Assembly: GCA_965246715.1 (NCBI GenBank)
Contig: CBDFFH010000015.1
Location: forward strand, 352,001 to 416,000
Length of the DNA: 64,000 nt
Direction: 5' to 3'
From: Chamaesiphon sp.
Lineage (GTDB): Bacteria > Cyanobacteriota > Cyanobacteriia > Cyanobacteriales > Chamaesiphonaceae
In this document: one piece after another, positions 62,618 to 64,000 of the stretch
Numbering within the stretch: position 1 is the first letter of the stretch
Layout of the letters: every line of letters begins with the position of its first letter
Translations under genes and position numbers: made by a program
Notes under the pieces: model-generated
Seen by the model: only the letters and a program-made list of their open reading frames with translations
Database searches by the model: none
What the model was told of the DNA's origin: nothing

Positions 62618-63046
62618 ATGGCTCCTACTAAAGTTCTCTTAGTCGAAGATTCCCCCGTGGCAATGGAATTATTGCAGCGTCTATTCAAAAGTACTCCTGA
62701 TGTAGAAATTGTTGGCTCTGCGCGGAACGGACAAGAGGCACTGGCGATGATTCCTCGCCTCAACCCTACCGTCATCTGTACTGACTTCCATATGGAACCC
62801 GTGGATGGTTTGGAATTAACCAAACAGGTAATGGCAAATTTCCCCCGACCGATTCTCGTCCTCAGCAATTCTGTCAAATCCGATGACACCAAAAATGTGT
62901 TTGCACTTCTCCAAGCAGGCGTTTCCGACATTTTCCCCAAACCCCTAGGTGGTGACTATGCGGAATACGAAGCCGTCAAACAGAAGATCTTGTCTAAAAT
63001 CAAACTTCTATCGGGAATGACTGTTAAAGCCAAGCCGATGAAATAG
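62618..63046 (+). CDS. Stand-alone receiver protein paralogous to the CheB REC domain
   Basis: KVLLVEDSP, VGSARNG, ICTDFHMEPVDG, IFPKP; collinear with the first ~140 aa of the next gene. Confidence 0.88.
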   Translation: MAPTKVLLVEDSPVAMELLQRLFKSTPDVEIVGSARNGQEALAMIPRLNPTVICTDFHMEPVDGLELTKQVMANFPRPILVLSNSVKSDDTKNVFALLQAGVSDIFPKPLGGDYAEYEAVKQKILSKIKLLSGMTVKAKPMK

Positions 63047-63069
63047 GAAATAGGGAACAGTGAACAGTG

Positions 63070-63118
63070 AATAGATAAAGAGTTTGACACGCACCCCGTG
63101 TCAGGCTCTTTATCTATT
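63070..63118. terminator. Long hairpin between the REC-only gene and cheB
   Basis: AATAGATAAAGAGTTTGACACG...CGTGTCAGGCTCTTTATCTATT. Confidence 0.6.
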
Positions 63119-63300
63119 CTGAATCGATCGCTAGCGATCGATCGTAACTCAGTAATATTTACTTATCCCCATTAACTAATTATTATTGACTCAAACACTA
63201 CTCAATCGCTATCCACTGTTCACTATTCACTGTTCACTAGTCACTATTCACTATCCACTGTTCACTGTTCACTATCCACTATCCCCTAACTGCATCACCA

Positions 63301-64000
63301 ATGGCTCCCATCAAAGTCCTTCTCGTTGAAGATTCGCTCATTGCACTGGAACTGCTGCAACGCTTATTGAAAAGTAGCGCTGAAGTAGAAGTTGTTGGCA
63401 CGGCACGAAACGGACAGGAGGCGCTAGTCAAGATTCCCCAAGTCAAGCCAGATGTGATTTGTACCGATTTGCACATGGCTCCGATCGATGGTTTGGAACT
63501 AACCAAACAGGTGATGGCAGATTTTCCGCGACCGATTTTAGTAATTAGTAATTCAGTTCAAGAAGACGATACCAAAAATATCTTTGGACTGCTCCAAGCA
63601 GGGGCGGTAGATATTTTCCCCAAACCCACCAGTGGGGACTACAAAGAATACGAGCGAGTCAAAGATCGGTTGCTTGCCAAAATTAAAATGCTGTCGCAGG
63701 TAAGTGTCAAAGCTAAATCTAGCATGACAGACCACTCCACTAGTTTCAGACTAGCTGCCAATGATGCTGGGACGCTGCGCGCGATCGCGATCGGGGCATC
63801 GACAGGTGGCCCCCAAGCGATTCACAAGATCGTCACCTCACTCCCAGCCGATCTACCCGTACCGATAATTTGCGCCCAACACATCGGTGATGGATTTTTG
63901 TCAGGCTTGATTAGCTGGTTGAAGGAGGACTCACAACTAACCGTCAAGGTCGCCCAAATCGGTGAAACTCCAGCACCGAAAACAGTCTATTTTGCTCCAG
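63301..64000 (+). CDS. cheB: Chemotaxis protein-glutamate methylesterase CheB (runs off the window end)
   Basis: MAPIKVLLVEDS REC domain followed by AIAIGASTGGPQA and CAQHIG esterase motifs; no stop before 64000. Confidence 0.92.
   Translation, partial: MAPIKVLLVEDSLIALELLQRLLKSSAEVEVVGTARNGQEALVKIPQVKPDVICTDLHMAPIDGLELTKQVMADFPRPILVISNSVQEDDTKNIFGLLQAGAVDIFPKPTSGDYKEYERVKDRLLAKIKMLSQVSVKAKSSMTDHSTSFRLAANDAGTLRAIAIGASTGGPQAIHKIVTSLPADLPVPIICAQHIGDGFLSGLISWLKEDSQLTVKVAQIGETPAPKTVYFAP

Larger units (their letters stand above)
1..64000. repeat. Highly iterated palindrome (HIP1-type, CGATCG core / GCGATCGC) dispersed through the window
   Basis: CGATCG occurs many times per kb in coding and non-coding DNA; typical cyanobacterial signature. 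Confidence 0.9.

Noticed and set aside
885..63735. Many short overlapping or antisense ORFs in the six-frame track
   Set aside because: They lie within well-supported genes on another frame or strand and show no family motifs

Overview
This is a chromosomal region of a cyanobacterium. CGATCG/GCGATCGC (HIP1-type) sites are very dense, heptamer tandem repeats fill the intergenic gaps, and the gene content is cyanobacterial; Chamaesiphon-like is my inference, not a search result. The backbone is housekeeping: pilB-pilT-pilC, sds-murI-amiC, a DICT-GAF histidine kinase, a PP2C phosphatase, sir, pcrA, sigG with its anti-sigma factor, rpsF, gcvH-gcvP, rlmD-pmgA, plsC, ilvD-bioD-def, efp-accB, proS and hisB. 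The window ends in a chemosensory cluster (PatA-like regulator, double CheW, two MCPs, a frameshifted CheA, a REC-only CheB paralog and CheB). Accessory DNA comprises an intact IS4-family element nested in a MITE, three MITEs with AC...GT ends and 6-bp target duplications, and several toxin-antitoxin modules, two of them decayed. Several features are missing from the ORF track. These include a 49-aa AtpTheta-like gene, a 25-codon pilB-derived upstream ORF and a truncated mazF. They also include 22-24 nt hairpin-GGCTRCGCCAA micro-elements, two of which split CGAT^CG sites (one in-frame inside a gene), and a four-helix-bundle gene enclosed by inverted heptamer arrays inside the chemotaxis operon. 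I saw no rRNA, tRNA, CRISPR array, integrase or reverse transcriptase. Product calls come from recognised motifs; no database searches were run.
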